A DNA stretch of 64,000 nucleotides from Cycas panzhihuaensis (lineage: Eukaryota; Plantae; Cycadophyta), in the NCBI GenBank assembly GCA_023213395.1, contig CM041465.1:57295741-57359740 (forward strand). Direction: 5' to 3'. Shown one piece after another: positions 52,001-64,000 of this stretch; the stretch's first letter is position 1; each line of letters starts with the position of its first letter. The position numbers and the translations under genes are program-made. Below the pieces are notes generated by a model that was not told where the DNA came from, did no database searches, and saw only the letters and a program-made list of their open reading frames with translations.

Positions 52001-54728
52001 TAAGATGCATGACCATAGCAAATGTGTTAGATCTTTTCATTGTCAATATTGAAAGTTACATTGAGAGTAGAGTGAATTGGTGAGGTGAGAAATTTATACA
52101 ATCCTTTAGTTTAAATACCTTCACTAATCACTTGATTACCTTTATATTTATAAAAAATATTACATTTATCACCACCAAACAAAACTTCGAGTTTATTATC
52201 AGTCAGTTAGGAGATGGATAATAGATTTTTGGTCATCCCAGGTATATAGAGTATTCGACCAACTTTTTCAATATCTCCATTGGGCATGGCAACTAGAACT
52301 ATTTTGCTTCCTTAAATTACATGAGTGGTATCGTCCTCAAGCTCAATAGATATTGCGCCTTGGAGGGGGGTTATTTTGCTGAACCGGGATCGCCTATGAG
52401 TCATATGCCTGGAGGCTCCTAAGTCTATGAACCAATCATCTTTATTCTAGTTGTGTGTAGTCAAGGAGAGTGTAATGATAAATGTCATCTATTCTTCTTT
52501 TAACTTTGTAGGCTCATTCCTTTTGGGTTACCTAGAGTAGCTCTGAGGTGCTATTATACCCCTTTCTAGATCAGCCTTGTCATGATGATAGTTGGTGGTG
52601 TAGTGACCTATTTTTTCATAGAAAAAGTAGATGATCTAATGGTTGAATCAACCTATAAAATATTGTTGTGTGGTTGCACATGGAAGAGCCCATCCTTTTG
52701 CAGGATTGTAGCTGGTTGGGTGTCTTCTTCCTCAATCAATGCCACAAGGGTTCCCTTTGGTAGGATTGCCTCTACCTTGAATGCTAAATCTGGATGAAAA
52801 TACATTTTCTAGCTTATTTTCCATGTTGGTTTCTATTTATTCAGGGTGAAGAAGTTGTCCACATATGGTAGCAAATGAAGACTAAGCTATTTCAGCCATC
52901 ATCTTGTAGGAAGTGTCAAAATGTCTGAAACGAGCAGGGAGCTTATATATTATAAGGTTCCCATCAGAATATGTAACCCCAATAGACACTAAGCTCTTAT
53001 ATAATAATTTGAAGTAGGCAAGAAATGTTATGAAATCCTTAAATTCTAATATCTTTAGTAAGGCCATTTAATTATTTAGGGCCATAATATAAGTAATATT
53101 CTTCTGATCATACAAGGTCTTTAGTGTGGTCCATGCCTCATGAGGAGTGACATCACTAACTATGTGAGGTAAAATAGCATCTACAATAGAGAGTGTGATA
53201 GAGGCAAGGGTAAGGCCTCTCTGCTTAAGATATATCTTCTTCTTGGTAGTATCTGTAGGTTTTGTCTTGATGTTCTTAGTTTGGTCCCATGCTCCTTAAG
53301 CCATAAGAATGAAGTGCACCTTATCTTCCATGGCTCATAGTTGTCCCCAGTGAGTTTCTTAGAATCAGCAAGGTAGAGAGAGGAGGCCATGATAAGATGA
53401 ATGAACTCTACTAAGTCTAGACTTAGGATTACCTACACTTGTAGGTTTGTTGATAAATCTTTAAGTGAGATTCATAACAGATAGGTTCGTGGTGCTAACC
53501 GCTTACCACTGCACTATGAGACTTTGATGGATGGTTAATCTTCCTATTCTAGGATGGGCTCAAGGTCCTATAGGGTCCTCTAATATACCTTTTGGTACAT
53601 GGAGGCTCAAATCCATGAGTGAGCTTTATGTGAGGTTTGGGTACTGGGTCCTTCTATATCCCCTCACTTTACATGTTGGTTTAAAATTTAAGTAAGCTTA
53701 GTCAATAACAATAGATGCAACACAATTTTTATAAACCCATGGAATAGGGTCTCTATGGCTGGGAACAGGTAGCTACCAAGTAGAATTATCTACCTATGGA
53801 AAAAAAAAGAAATATGATGCATCTATTGAGAGATATATATATTTTTATTTAAAAAAAAAAAAAGATAGCCTTTAGACAAAAGAATGAATGAGTGAAAATA
53901 TAAAATAATTATACTATGGGAAAATTAGGACTAAAGGCACTTTCCTAATAAAGATAAACTTTGTTGCATGTTAGCTATACAAACTATTGTATGGACTTTA
54001 TAAGGATGCAAAAAAATGGACATTCTTGAAGTTGAATGAAACTAGACTCAAATGATAGATTTTTTTTTTAGACAAATATGAATATGACCTAAGATTTTTT
54101 ACATGACTTTTTGTTAGAGAGAAAATGGCTACTGAAGTTAGGATTTGTGGCTAGGGTTTCTAGCCTTTTTCTTTTCTTTCTCCTCACACATGCAATGAAC
54201 AAGGTCGAACTATATATCTAATAAAATCTCTCTTCAATAGCTTTAGATTGGTACTAGATTTGGCTAGGAAGATTGGTCGTACGATGAGTAATAACTAAAA
54301 AATGATCCACGTGGGCACCTATTGATTTTCTCTAGATTTAGGGAAAATAGTGAGGAATCCAACTTTTAGCCTTTAGAGAATGTTGATTAGTGCGGTGAGG
54401 CACAACCACTCACCAAATTTTAGTTGATTCTGAGTAGGTCGACTTTTGTCCATACGACGGTACAAAAACTCAGTTTTAAAGGCTATTAGGCTAGCTGACG
54501 AGGCTCTAATACCATGTTGGATCAACTATGAATAGATGAGAACAAGAGAGGACAGAAAAGAATGTCTTATATTGAGAGGTACAACCCATATTTTTACAAG
54601 AGGCCTTTAATTAGAGATTAGGGTTAGAGGCATAACTAACATGATATATTACATGATTAACAATAACAATATATGTTATAGTGAAGTGACTAATATAAGA
54701 TGCTAGGATAAGACTTTATATTCTAACA
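49044..54728 (-). mobile_element. Element J: full-length decayed Ty1/Copia
   Basis: LTRs 49044-49263 and 54515-54728; TSD TTCAG/TTTAG; PBS complement GCTCTAATACCA 54503-54514; PPT complement 49264-49272. Confidence 0.95.
49275..53390 (-). pseudogene. gag-pol: Copia gag-pol of J
   Basis: KLTGDNYEPWK; LRIDNRGEF; RKKLDEKS...VGYSEISKAYR; IYVDDLIL...FEMTDLG. Confidence 0.93.
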
Positions 54729-54783
54729 TTTAGGTCATTTCTTAAAGCCATTTATCATATGCTATTACACATTTTATTCTATG

Positions 54784-56550
54784 TATTGAAATATTTTAAG
54801 TTTACAAATATTTAATATAATATTGTAGGCCCACACAAAGCATTACAAAATATTATTAAATATGAGAAAAGTGTAATTATTCATGTACCTTTTTATTAGA
54901 AGATGAAAACACTCTTATATGTAATAAGCTTATCATGAGGTGATTATGCATATAAATATATATACATACTACTTGAAAACTTGATAAAGGAGAGAGAAAG
55001 GAGTTCATTTAAAGATTTAATAAAAAAGAGTAATACTCCAAACCTTCTTTCGTAGCTTTTCCTTCTTAGGTTTTCTATGTATAAATCTTGGTATCACATG
55101 TGGTATTGTTTGACCATATTTGATATTGATATATGTTGATCTTATTTTATAATATGTACATATTCCTCATGATTCATCATTTTGTTCCATTAATCTGCTA
55201 TTGTAATTCTAACAGCATATATTAGAGCTTTCATTATACATTCAAATAATTTAATATAGTATCTTTTAAATTTTTAATATGGTATCAAATTTTCAAAGTT
55301 GTGAAAGATCTTATAGAGACTTATGGAAGTTTTGTAGCAAAATACACATTGAAATAACTAGTCTTTTTAAGCTAGTCTTAAGTTAGTTTCTTGAGCCAAT
55401 AAGAACTAGTTTGAACCAATTATGTAGAAGACTTGTGACCAAGATCTTGGGGCAATTTGATGAAGATTTTGATTTAGAACATAAGATAAAATCTCATTTT
55501 TGGTAATCAATTTATATAAACATTTATTTAAGCATGTTGGTGTCATATTCTAGAGTATGCAGGTTTAACAAGTCCACCTATGAAGATGAGAATACAAGGA
55601 AATCATTGCTAGTTGAGTTCACTTATACAGGTTGGCTCCCTACAGACATGATTGAGGTTTTGTGAGACTAGCCATTTCACCAAAATTCACACTTGTGACA
55701 GTGAATCAATCAAGCATGCAGTAAGAAGATGAATCCATCTATTTCCTTGTCGATAAGAAAGGTATGTTTATGTTGGACAATAAATGTGTATAAAAGAAGT
55801 TGTTATGAGGGCATGTTAATTTAATGGGATGATGTATATGAGGATTTGTGGATGAAAATATATATGAAGCATTTAGGTTTATGACTTGTATTGAGGGTTT
55901 TATTGATTTCTACTTGTGATGAATATAACAAGGGTTTTATATTTCATATGAAAAGTGTGTATGCATGAGGCTAGTAAAGAGAGTTTCATCTTTGCTACAT
56001 TATTGAAAACTAAGAATGGTTAGGGTTTTTATAGGTTTTAGTAAGTGACATTTATGCTTGATATGCATGTATATGGATGTTGCATTACTAGTATTAGAAC
56101 GCAAACAAAAATATGCTAAAGGCAACAATAGTTTGAAGAGAGGATGGCTCCAACTTGGTGAATTTTGAAGCAGGGATGTTATTTGTTTTGAGATTTGAAG
56201 AAACACAAATCATAAGGTGAGCAGGCAAGTTCAAAAATTCAAATGCAACTACATATAGGGTGATATTAGACAAAGACCTATTAGAACCATCTATTGAAGA
56301 CAAAATTTTCATGATGGAAGTAAAAACTTGGTGGCTTAGTGACTACATAGAGATCATGTTGAAATCAAACTGTCATTCATCATCATATTTGTGGATATTT
56401 TATTCATCGTGAAGGCACTATAGTTATAAAATGAAATCTACCATACAAGTTATGTCTAATTGCACCTTATATAGTTGCCATGTATTACTTAAATTTAATA
56501 AACATCAAAGATTTTTGGCCATATGGAGAAAACACAACCTTAAACACATT
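54784..56550 (+). mobile_element. F3: F-family LTR (to ~55290) with repeated PBS and a non-coding internal region
   Basis: LTR similar to F1/F2; internal 55300-55600 similar to 20470-20760; the right boundary is uncertain. Confidence 0.6.
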
Positions 56551-57321
56551 GAAACCTGAAGGAGATAGTTACCCATTGACGGTGAAGATGTTGACTTACT
56601 GGACAATTGCATGGACTATTGCTTGATGGAAGAATTAATGATGAATTCATTAATTCAACTTTAGTTATGTGTAAATGTATTGTACATTTATAAAAATAAA
56701 GTCATATTGGTAACTTTATCAACTTAACATGATAAAGTACCTTGTAAATGTTTTGTTGTTGTGCTAGTGGTTAGTTACAACATGTAGTGGTGAGCCTAAT
56801 GCTAGTGGGGTCATATATACTAATACCTCATTGTAACACACATGTAATATTGATTATACAAGGTGCTAAATGTCACCTCGTATGATCAACTCTTCACATA
56901 CCATTTTACCTCTCTTATATATATATTTTTTGTATATGTGTGAGGTAATAACTTATGTAATATGATTATGTATGAATGAATGTTAAGATATTGATTTTGG
57001 AGGCCTAAATAATTTGACCTCCTCATCCCCATTGCTTGCTTTTCTCTGTGTTTTTCATGAGTTTTGATCTTGGTTGGAAGGTGGCATAAATGCCTCTTCT
57101 TTCACTTGGTATCAGAGCTTATTGTAGTCACCATTATTGGATTAATCTTTATACTAGATAAGATTGTATTAATTATTGCTCTAGCTTCAATTTTAGCAAA
57201 TGAACACTTAGTATAGGAATTGTCTACCACAGGGTTATCTTCTCAAAAGTGGTCATGGAAATGTGATTATAATGAATGAATTATTCACTATCTTTTCTTT
57301 TTTATTAGGGTTTTGAATCGG

Positions 57322-57526
57322 CATTGTGATACATCTATATTACTAGATTCTTAAGGAAATGGCATCACCTCTGAGAGGATCATTGACAAAAATTTTGGGA
57401 TCCAAAAAATTAATGTTATTGACAGAATAAATTAGTGGTGAAGCAACGTACCCTTGAATGGTGTCATGTGCAAACATTATTGCATTGGCAGCTTGTGATG
57501 TTGTTCATCTATCAAGAGGTCCAATT
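57322..57526 (+). pseudogene. Captured class III peroxidase fragment
   Basis: Manual translation with one frameshift: CDTSILLDS*GNGITSERIIDKNFGIQKINVIDRI / EATYP*MVSCANIIALAACDVVHLSRGP (family motifs GCDASILLD and VSCADIIALAARD..LSGGP). Confidence 0.88.
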
Positions 57527-57743
57527 CATTCTAAAAACATACTCTGTGTTGGGTATTGCATGCTTGCAAAATCCTTTCAGCTACTACATGTGAAATAAAT
57601 TTCATAAAATTATAGCCATTTCGGTGTCCAGTCAACTTGTTGCATATAATTTTTATGGAGATAACCTCTTCAGCATGAGTAAAGCAACTATGTATATCAA
57701 CCTAATACTGCAAATCTCTTATCCATAAAGTCCTAATTTTGTC
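57515..57743 (-). pseudogene. Captured RBP45/RBP47-family RRM1 fragment
   Basis: Manual translation IRTLWIRDLQY*VDIHSCFTHAEEVISIKIICNKLTGHRNGYNFMKFISHVVAERILQ / IPNTEYVFRMNWTS versus the recalled family pattern VRTLWIGDLQYW...EVVSIKIIRNK.TG..EGYGFVEF.SH..AERILQ...FRLNWA. Confidence 0.88.
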
Positions 57744-57861
57744 ATTCAAATATTGGTCCACTACCAAAGTGCTTATTCAAATCCATTTGTAGCAATCCTT
57801 TGAGTAGTATGAGCTTCTTTATATTAGTAGTCAAGATCCCACATACATAGAGTTGTTCCAC

Positions 57862-58088
57862 AGGCTGATCATTTCCTACAAAGGTCCAATTCAAGATCGT
57901 AATAGGGCTAATAAGCATCCCTTCATGGGGCAAGATATCATACTTTGTGCATATTTATACCAAAAGATAGTTATAGGGTTTAGATGACTGACATCACCAT
58001 AGATAATTGGTGGCTCAACACAACAAGATTTGTAAGACTAAACCCATCCATTTACTATAAATACAAAACCCTAAAGTTGTTCTCCAAA
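57862..58088 (-). pseudogene. metE: Captured cobalamin-independent methionine synthase fragment
   Basis: Manual translation [55 protein letters not shown] / [19 protein letters not shown] versus MetE [36 protein letters not shown]...[22 protein letters not shown]. Confidence 0.92.
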
Positions 58089-59299
58089 TGAGAAGAAACT
58101 TAGAAAGGGAAATGACAGGGTTCAATATTAAACTACATGTAGAGTTGATGGGTGGACAAATCTCAAAATTCTTCTTATTGATTATTTAATAGGCATTTCA
58201 CAAAGGGTCCATAGGATATTATATTTCAATTTGTCATCTATAACACTGGAAGAAGTGTATTGATTGATGAGTTATAGAGGTGTATTTGGATGACATTCAT
58301 AATTTTCTTCTGCTTTCCATTCACAATAGGACTGATGGAATATAATAGTATGACCACTTATTGTGATCCTCTCAATGTGCAAACTTGAGATACAATGCTA
58401 GATTTTGATTTCACAGCTTCGTTGAAGAGAAATCATCATTTATATCCTTATTCCATTGCCCCCCCCCCTCCCCCCCTCTTTTTTTAAGTGTTGTTTAATT
58501 TTTATTTTTCTATAATTTTTAAAACCAAGGTTATATCTTTTGGAGTATTAATAATATATTCTCTTTTTAATATTTATCATCCTTTTAAAGTTTCTCTTTT
58601 TTAATCTTTTTAACTCATTTTAAAGCCATCTTTAGCCTATTTTATGATCTACTTTAGGTAATTTTTTAGTTTTTAGAGGCCTTTTTCAGCTGTGATATAA
58701 TTTGTTTTACATACATTAAAAAAATTATAAATTTTAAACATAAGCTCTTTAAAATTTTGAAAAATTTGAAAGATTAAGAAGATAGTTTCCTAACTGAACC
58801 ACCCTTCATTACCAGTGTTATAGGGGGAAACTTAGGACCCTAAAGGTACCACACCTACATACGTTATTATACTTCCTCAAACTATATGAATTGTGAGGGG
58901 ATCTAATAGCTATTATGTGTCTTAAGTGGTTGACTAAGGTGTATACTTGAAAACCTTAGAGTTTGGAGATCAGACTAGACCCATAAAGGGTAAGTGCCTT
59001 AGTTGAAAGTGTGCCCTTAGATGAGGATCTATCGTTCAGGGTATATATCTAGTGTAAGTAGGTTAACAGTATCAGGGGTATGGCAGAGTCTTTAGTAGCA
59101 CCTATGTACCTTTGGGTATATAGGGTCCTTGAGCTACCACTTGCGAGTAGGTACATTATTAGATAAAAACATCTTAACTATTAGGAATTGTTAGATAAGG
59201 AGACACTAAGACTATAGATACTATATTAGCAAACCTTTTAGGTAGACATAACACATATTTGAGATAAAATGACACTTCAAATGGTCATAATCAACACCA

Positions 59300-62200
59300 T
59301 TAAATTATCAAGTAGTGATAATTTCTTAGCTTAGAAGAAATAAGTTAAGAACATTCTGATAATAAATAAATTATGGGATTATGTTTCTAGTAAAATTCCC
59401 AGGTTTAAAGAAACTTGAGATCCTAATGATCTTGATGTTGTCATTCCTACTGATCCTATTACTTTAGCCTTCTTTAAAGATTTTGATGAAGTTACCCTTT
59501 CTTTCCTACACCTTTCCTATGAGGATAATGTTAACCAAAACATTAAGCTTATTCCCTCTTTTGTTGAAGCTTGGGACATAATCTATGCATTATATGAAAG
59601 GAAGGATAATACTAGAATTGTCATGCTCAAAGCACAACTCTACTCTATTCCTTATGCAAGATCAATTGTAGCTCACCTGATTCAAAGTAAGTCAATCAAG
59701 AACTAGTTGAGTATTATGGGAAAGCCACCTAATGATAATGATATGATAGCTTGTATTGTCAATGTATTGCTACTAAGATATAATTCTCTTATATCTAATA
59801 TATCTTATATCAATCATCTTACCACACTAGATTTCAAATTTTTTGAAGGTCTTCTACTTCTAGAGGAATGTATTTTAAATAGACTTGGAGATTTAGGTGC
59901 CTCCTCTTCAACTCTTGCCTTTGTAGCATAACAAAAGGGGAAACAATAGTATCCACACCTTAATTAGTTATTCAGTTCAATGAATTTGAACTAATATCCA
60001 TATCAGCAATATCCTCAATATCCTAATTAAATTGTTCATCACTATTATGGAAAACCCAGTCATATTACTCTTGATTGTAGGAAGAAGAAAGATGATTTGC
60101 AATAGCAACACTAAAACTGCCCTATAACTCAAGGCAATCAAAATCATGGATGTGGCAACTATCAAGGACCAAAAATAAAAAATTAAAATGCCCCTCAAGG
60201 CATTCAATAGAATAGAAACTATAACCATAGATGAAATTAAAATCAAGGAGGCCACATTTCCAATTCACAAAACCTGTTCTTTGTTGCATTGACATTATAT
60301 CATTATAATAAACCCTAGTTGATTGATTCTAGAGCCTCTTATCACATGATAGGTTCTAAAGATTTACTTACATATATAAGATATAAGGCTAGTATAGGAC
60401 CAATCAATAACATTTGGTGATGATATCATTTTAGAGATTACCAAGATTGATAATGATCTTATATCTTTGAAGGATTTTGACATTAAGCATCACCTTAACA
60501 ATGTTTTCTATGTCCCTGGAATGACACATAATTTGTTATTAGCCAACTAAATAAACAAGCAAAACTTTGATGTCTTATTTAGTCACCTTTGGAAATGTTT
60601 GATTACTAATTTGAATGGTAATATGATTGCCTCTAGATATGAGGACCAAGGCTTCTATAAGCTTGATGCAATTTTAAGACCTATATTTCTGCAAAATGAT
60701 ATTAGCACTCACAACAACATAGCTTTTACTTCTACTAATTTTACTTCCACCTCTAATACGAAAGAGTAAAGTGCTTCAAAGACACTTGTTTCTTAGAGAC
60801 TACTTAAAAACTAATTATGGCATCAATGCCTTAGTCATTTGAATATAAATAGCTTCCACTTACTTTTCAAATTGAATATGATGCATAAATTACTAAATAT
60901 TAAGTAGACTAAATGTATTTGTGAGGCTTTTGTCATGGGAAAATATCATCAAGCTCCATTCAGATCAAATGGTAGAGTCTAGTGTGCTAAAGAACCATTA
61001 GGACTTATTAACTCTATTATTTGTGGACCCATATATTAGGAATCATTCAATAGTTATTGCCATTTATTACATTTATTGATAATTATTTCCATAAAGTTTG
61101 GGTTTATTTCTTGAAGCAGAAATTAGAAGCATTTAAAAATTTTAGAGAATTTAAGTATGTTCTTGAATTAGAATTTGGAAAGCTAATCAAAATCCTTCAT
61201 TATGATAACGGGGGAGGTGAATATACTTTTAAAGAATTCACCTAGTTTTACAAGGATAATGACATCAAACGATAGTTCTTTGCCCTTTACACACCTCAAT
61301 AAAATAGAGTTTTTAAGTATATAAATTAGAACTTGGTTAGTAAAAGCAAAGCTATGCTTACCATAAAAAAATAAGACTTTAATTATAGGTTGAAGCCCTT
61401 AATGCAACTGTTTATCTCACAAATTAAGGTCCAACCAAAGCAGTCTTAAATATTACACTCAACGAGGCCTAGTTAGGTCCAAAAAATATGGTCTCACTTT
61501 TGCACACCTTCGGTCGTACAACATATATGCTTATACTGAAAGAACAAAGAAAAAAGTTGGATGACAAAAGTAGGAAATGTATTTTCATTGCCTACTAGCC
61601 TAGTTGTAAAGCTTATAAACTTTATGATCCTACTACTAAGCAAAAGTATATGTCTCTAGATGTTATTTTTTTAGAAGAGAACCAAGACCTAGGCATAAGT
61701 CAACTCTTATTTTTTAATGAACAATTTATAGTAAATCCTATTCTACCTTCTGTTACATAGAATATTCCTATAGTTCAATTGCCTCCATCATCATCATATG
61801 AACTTGGTACTTCGTTTGTACCTTTAGCCTTTACTTCAACATCCGGTTCAACAATTTCTTTAAAAGATATTCAAGAAGAGGTCACTTTAAAGTAGCTTCC
61901 TAAATAGCACTTGTAGATGATCTCTTCTGCTCCACTACCTCCACAACAATCTAAGAGGTAATTTAAGTACAGGTCATCCACCAACTTCACCTTAATGAAA
62001 GAAGTATTATTAACTCCTAAACCTACCACTTTTGAAGAAGTTATTACAAATCAAAAGTGGTAAGCAACTATGAATAAAGAAATAGATTATATTTTGGAAA
62101 GTGACACTTGGGAGTCGGTTGATATACCAGATGGAAAGAAACCAATTGATTACCATTAGATTTATAAAATAAAATTTCATGTAGATGGCTTTATTTAATG

Positions 62201-63360
62201 CTACAAAGTACCATTAGTTGTTAAAAGTTTTAAATAAATTGAAGGCATCAATTATAATGATACATTTACCCCTCTTGCCAACATGACCATAGTAAGACTT
62301 ATTTTGGTATTAGTAGCTTAGTTTATCTAGCTTGTTTTCTAGATGAATGTGAAAAGTGTCTTGTTGAATGGTGACTTATATTAAGAATACTTGAGTCAAC
62401 CTCCCAACTATAATATTTATGGAAAAGAATATCTAATTTATAAATTAGAAAAGATTTTTTATAGACAACAATAACCTTGTGCTTGATACATGAAGATTGA
62501 TGAGTATTTTCAAAAGCATAAACTTGTACACTTATCCTAATTTGTATATCAAGTCTAAGATAGCTTGATCACTCTGGTTGTGTTGTATATTGATGATTTA
62601 CAAATAGTTGGTAATGACTCAAAATGGATTTCATATCTCTAAGGGGAATTAAATAATAACTTTAAGATGACTGACCTTAGGTTATTCCACTACTTTCTTG
62701 GCATGGAAGTCTAATAGCAGCCATGTTGTATCTTCCTTTTACAATCCAAATATGTAAGGGAGATACTTTAAAAGTTTAAAATAGAGTAATGTAAGCCATC
62801 GTTGATTCCTATGGAGACTATACTTAAATTAAATATTGATGAGGATGGTAAACCTTTCAATCCCACTTTGTATAGGCAGCTTATGGGGAAATTAATTTAC
62901 CTCACACATACTTGACCAGATATTTCATGTGTTGTTAGGATCTACTCTAGGTTGATGAGTTAGCCCAAGATTTCATACTAAAAATTAGCTATACAGATCC
63001 TAAAATATCTTTGAGGTTCACTTCTATTTAGACTTGATTACTACCAGGTGGACAATCCTTCTTTGGTAGGTTATATAGATGTTGATTGGGATGGTTATAA
63101 AGATAATTATACTACTTTAACTTGTGTTATACCTCTATTTCTTGGAGTTATACAAAGTATTCAAATGTCATTGTTTCCTAACTACCAGGAATGGACATGG
63201 ATGACTCAACTCAGGTAAGCATAGGTATGCTTCTATCCTCACTCTCATTGGCTTCATATTGCTATGGGATTGCTGATAGAGGCACATTACATGTTGATTG
63301 GTTGATTATATGAGTATTATGCACCACTTGCCTATTTATTCATTTTACATCTTGACACTT
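59300..63360 (+). pseudogene. gag-pol: Copia gag-pol of K, heavily decayed
   Basis: FITFIDNYFHKVWVYFLKQK...DNGGGEY; RKKLDDKSRKCIF; LYIDDL; VGYIDVDWDG. Confidence 0.9.
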
Positions 63361-63365
63361 TAGCC

Positions 63366-64000
63366 TATGACGACTCAGGATACATATCCCAGGGCATCTT
63401 ATGACCCTTCGTCATGTCTCCATAATGTTTCCAAGCACTTTTGGGCTCCCGTAGCTCGTCCCCCATCATTTCTTAGTGTGATATAACCCCTAACATTCCA
63501 TCTAGGTCTGATTGTCACCTTTATTTTGCTACTTATCTCCTTTTGGAGTCCTTTTGTCATATATCGTAGTCCACCTAGGTCCCAAGAGCCCCTCGGCACC
63601 TTGGGATAGTAGTGTTGCTCTCTTAGGGCCTAGAATCTCCCTTTTTGGAAGCCCTTAGACTCTCCTCCTTTCTGTTTTACCTTAAACTCAGCAGTACCGT
63701 GAAGTTTTCCACGGTATGACTATTTAAATTTTTTTTTTTATTTGACCATGACTAATTTTGTATTAAATGTAAAATTGCCATGTGGCGTTAGGCTGTTTCC
63801 CATTTAGGGCGAATCCTAATCACCCATTGAGCCTAGGTTTGGGTTAAAAAACCCAAAATTTCCCTCATTTGCCCTCTTCTTCTTTCTCATCTCAAGAAGA
63901 TTCTAAAACAAAGTTCTTAACTTGTTCTACTTGCCCCCAACTCCTACTATCACCTCCTTCAGGGCATAAATATGAGTTGTAGATTTGTAAAAGTGACTCT
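63366..64000. mobile_element. Probable LTR of a further element inserted in K (runs off the right edge)
   Basis: Abrupt loss of Copia coding similarity; start TATGACGAC resembles the TGTGACGAC type of Gypsy LTR terminus; no partner visible. Confidence 0.45.

Larger units (their letters stand above)
56557..63365 (+). mobile_element. Element K: decayed Ty1/Copia with a ~2.2-kb leader, interrupted in RNase H
   Basis: LTR ending TTCA at 57104 (start approximate); perfect PBS TGGTATCAGAGC 57107-57118; gag-PR-INT-RT-RH remnants. Confidence 0.88.

Noticed and set aside
53490-53525. tRNA-like A box TAGTGCAGTGG in the J leader (minus strand)
   Set aside because: No B box or cloverleaf downstream; not callable as a tRNA or SINE.
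57322-58088. Functional host genes
   Set aside because: Only ~70-codon fragments with stops and frameshifts, and no neighbouring exons.

Overview
AT-rich eukaryotic (land-plant-type) DNA made up almost entirely of nested, decayed LTR retrotransposons. I found no intact host gene, rRNA/tRNA gene or CRISPR array. Left to right: the 5' end of a minus-strand Ty3/Gypsy element (A, tRNA-Glu PBS); a full-length Athila-like Gypsy (B, 4024-13318) with an extra 3' ORF; an older minus-strand Gypsy (D, ~13890-26590) interrupted by a gag-only Copia derivative (C, 15421-18705), a non-coding LTR element (F1) and a probable solo LTR; a 3'-truncated Copia (G, ~26595-38390) whose integrase is interrupted by a three-LTR TRIM/Copia chimera (H, 28058-35885); two complete decayed Copia elements (I, 38967-46514; J, 49044-54728); two more F-family copies; a plus-strand Copia (K, from ~56557); and a probable LTR at the right edge. 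Best observations: (1) H is bounded by 86-bp TRIM LTRs with a perfect TSD but carries a whole Copia internal region and a single Copia LTR, joined exactly at the shared tRNA-iMet PBS; (2) that TRIM has tRNA-spaced Pol III A/B-box-like motifs straddling its PBS; (3) the 5' leader of K holds a mosaic of three host-gene fragments (class III peroxidase, RBP45/47 RRM, MetE); (4) D has a second capsid-like domain between protease and RT; (5) reiterated LTR-end/PBS and PPT/LTR-start junctions. All family assignments come from motif recognition by eye; no searches were run.
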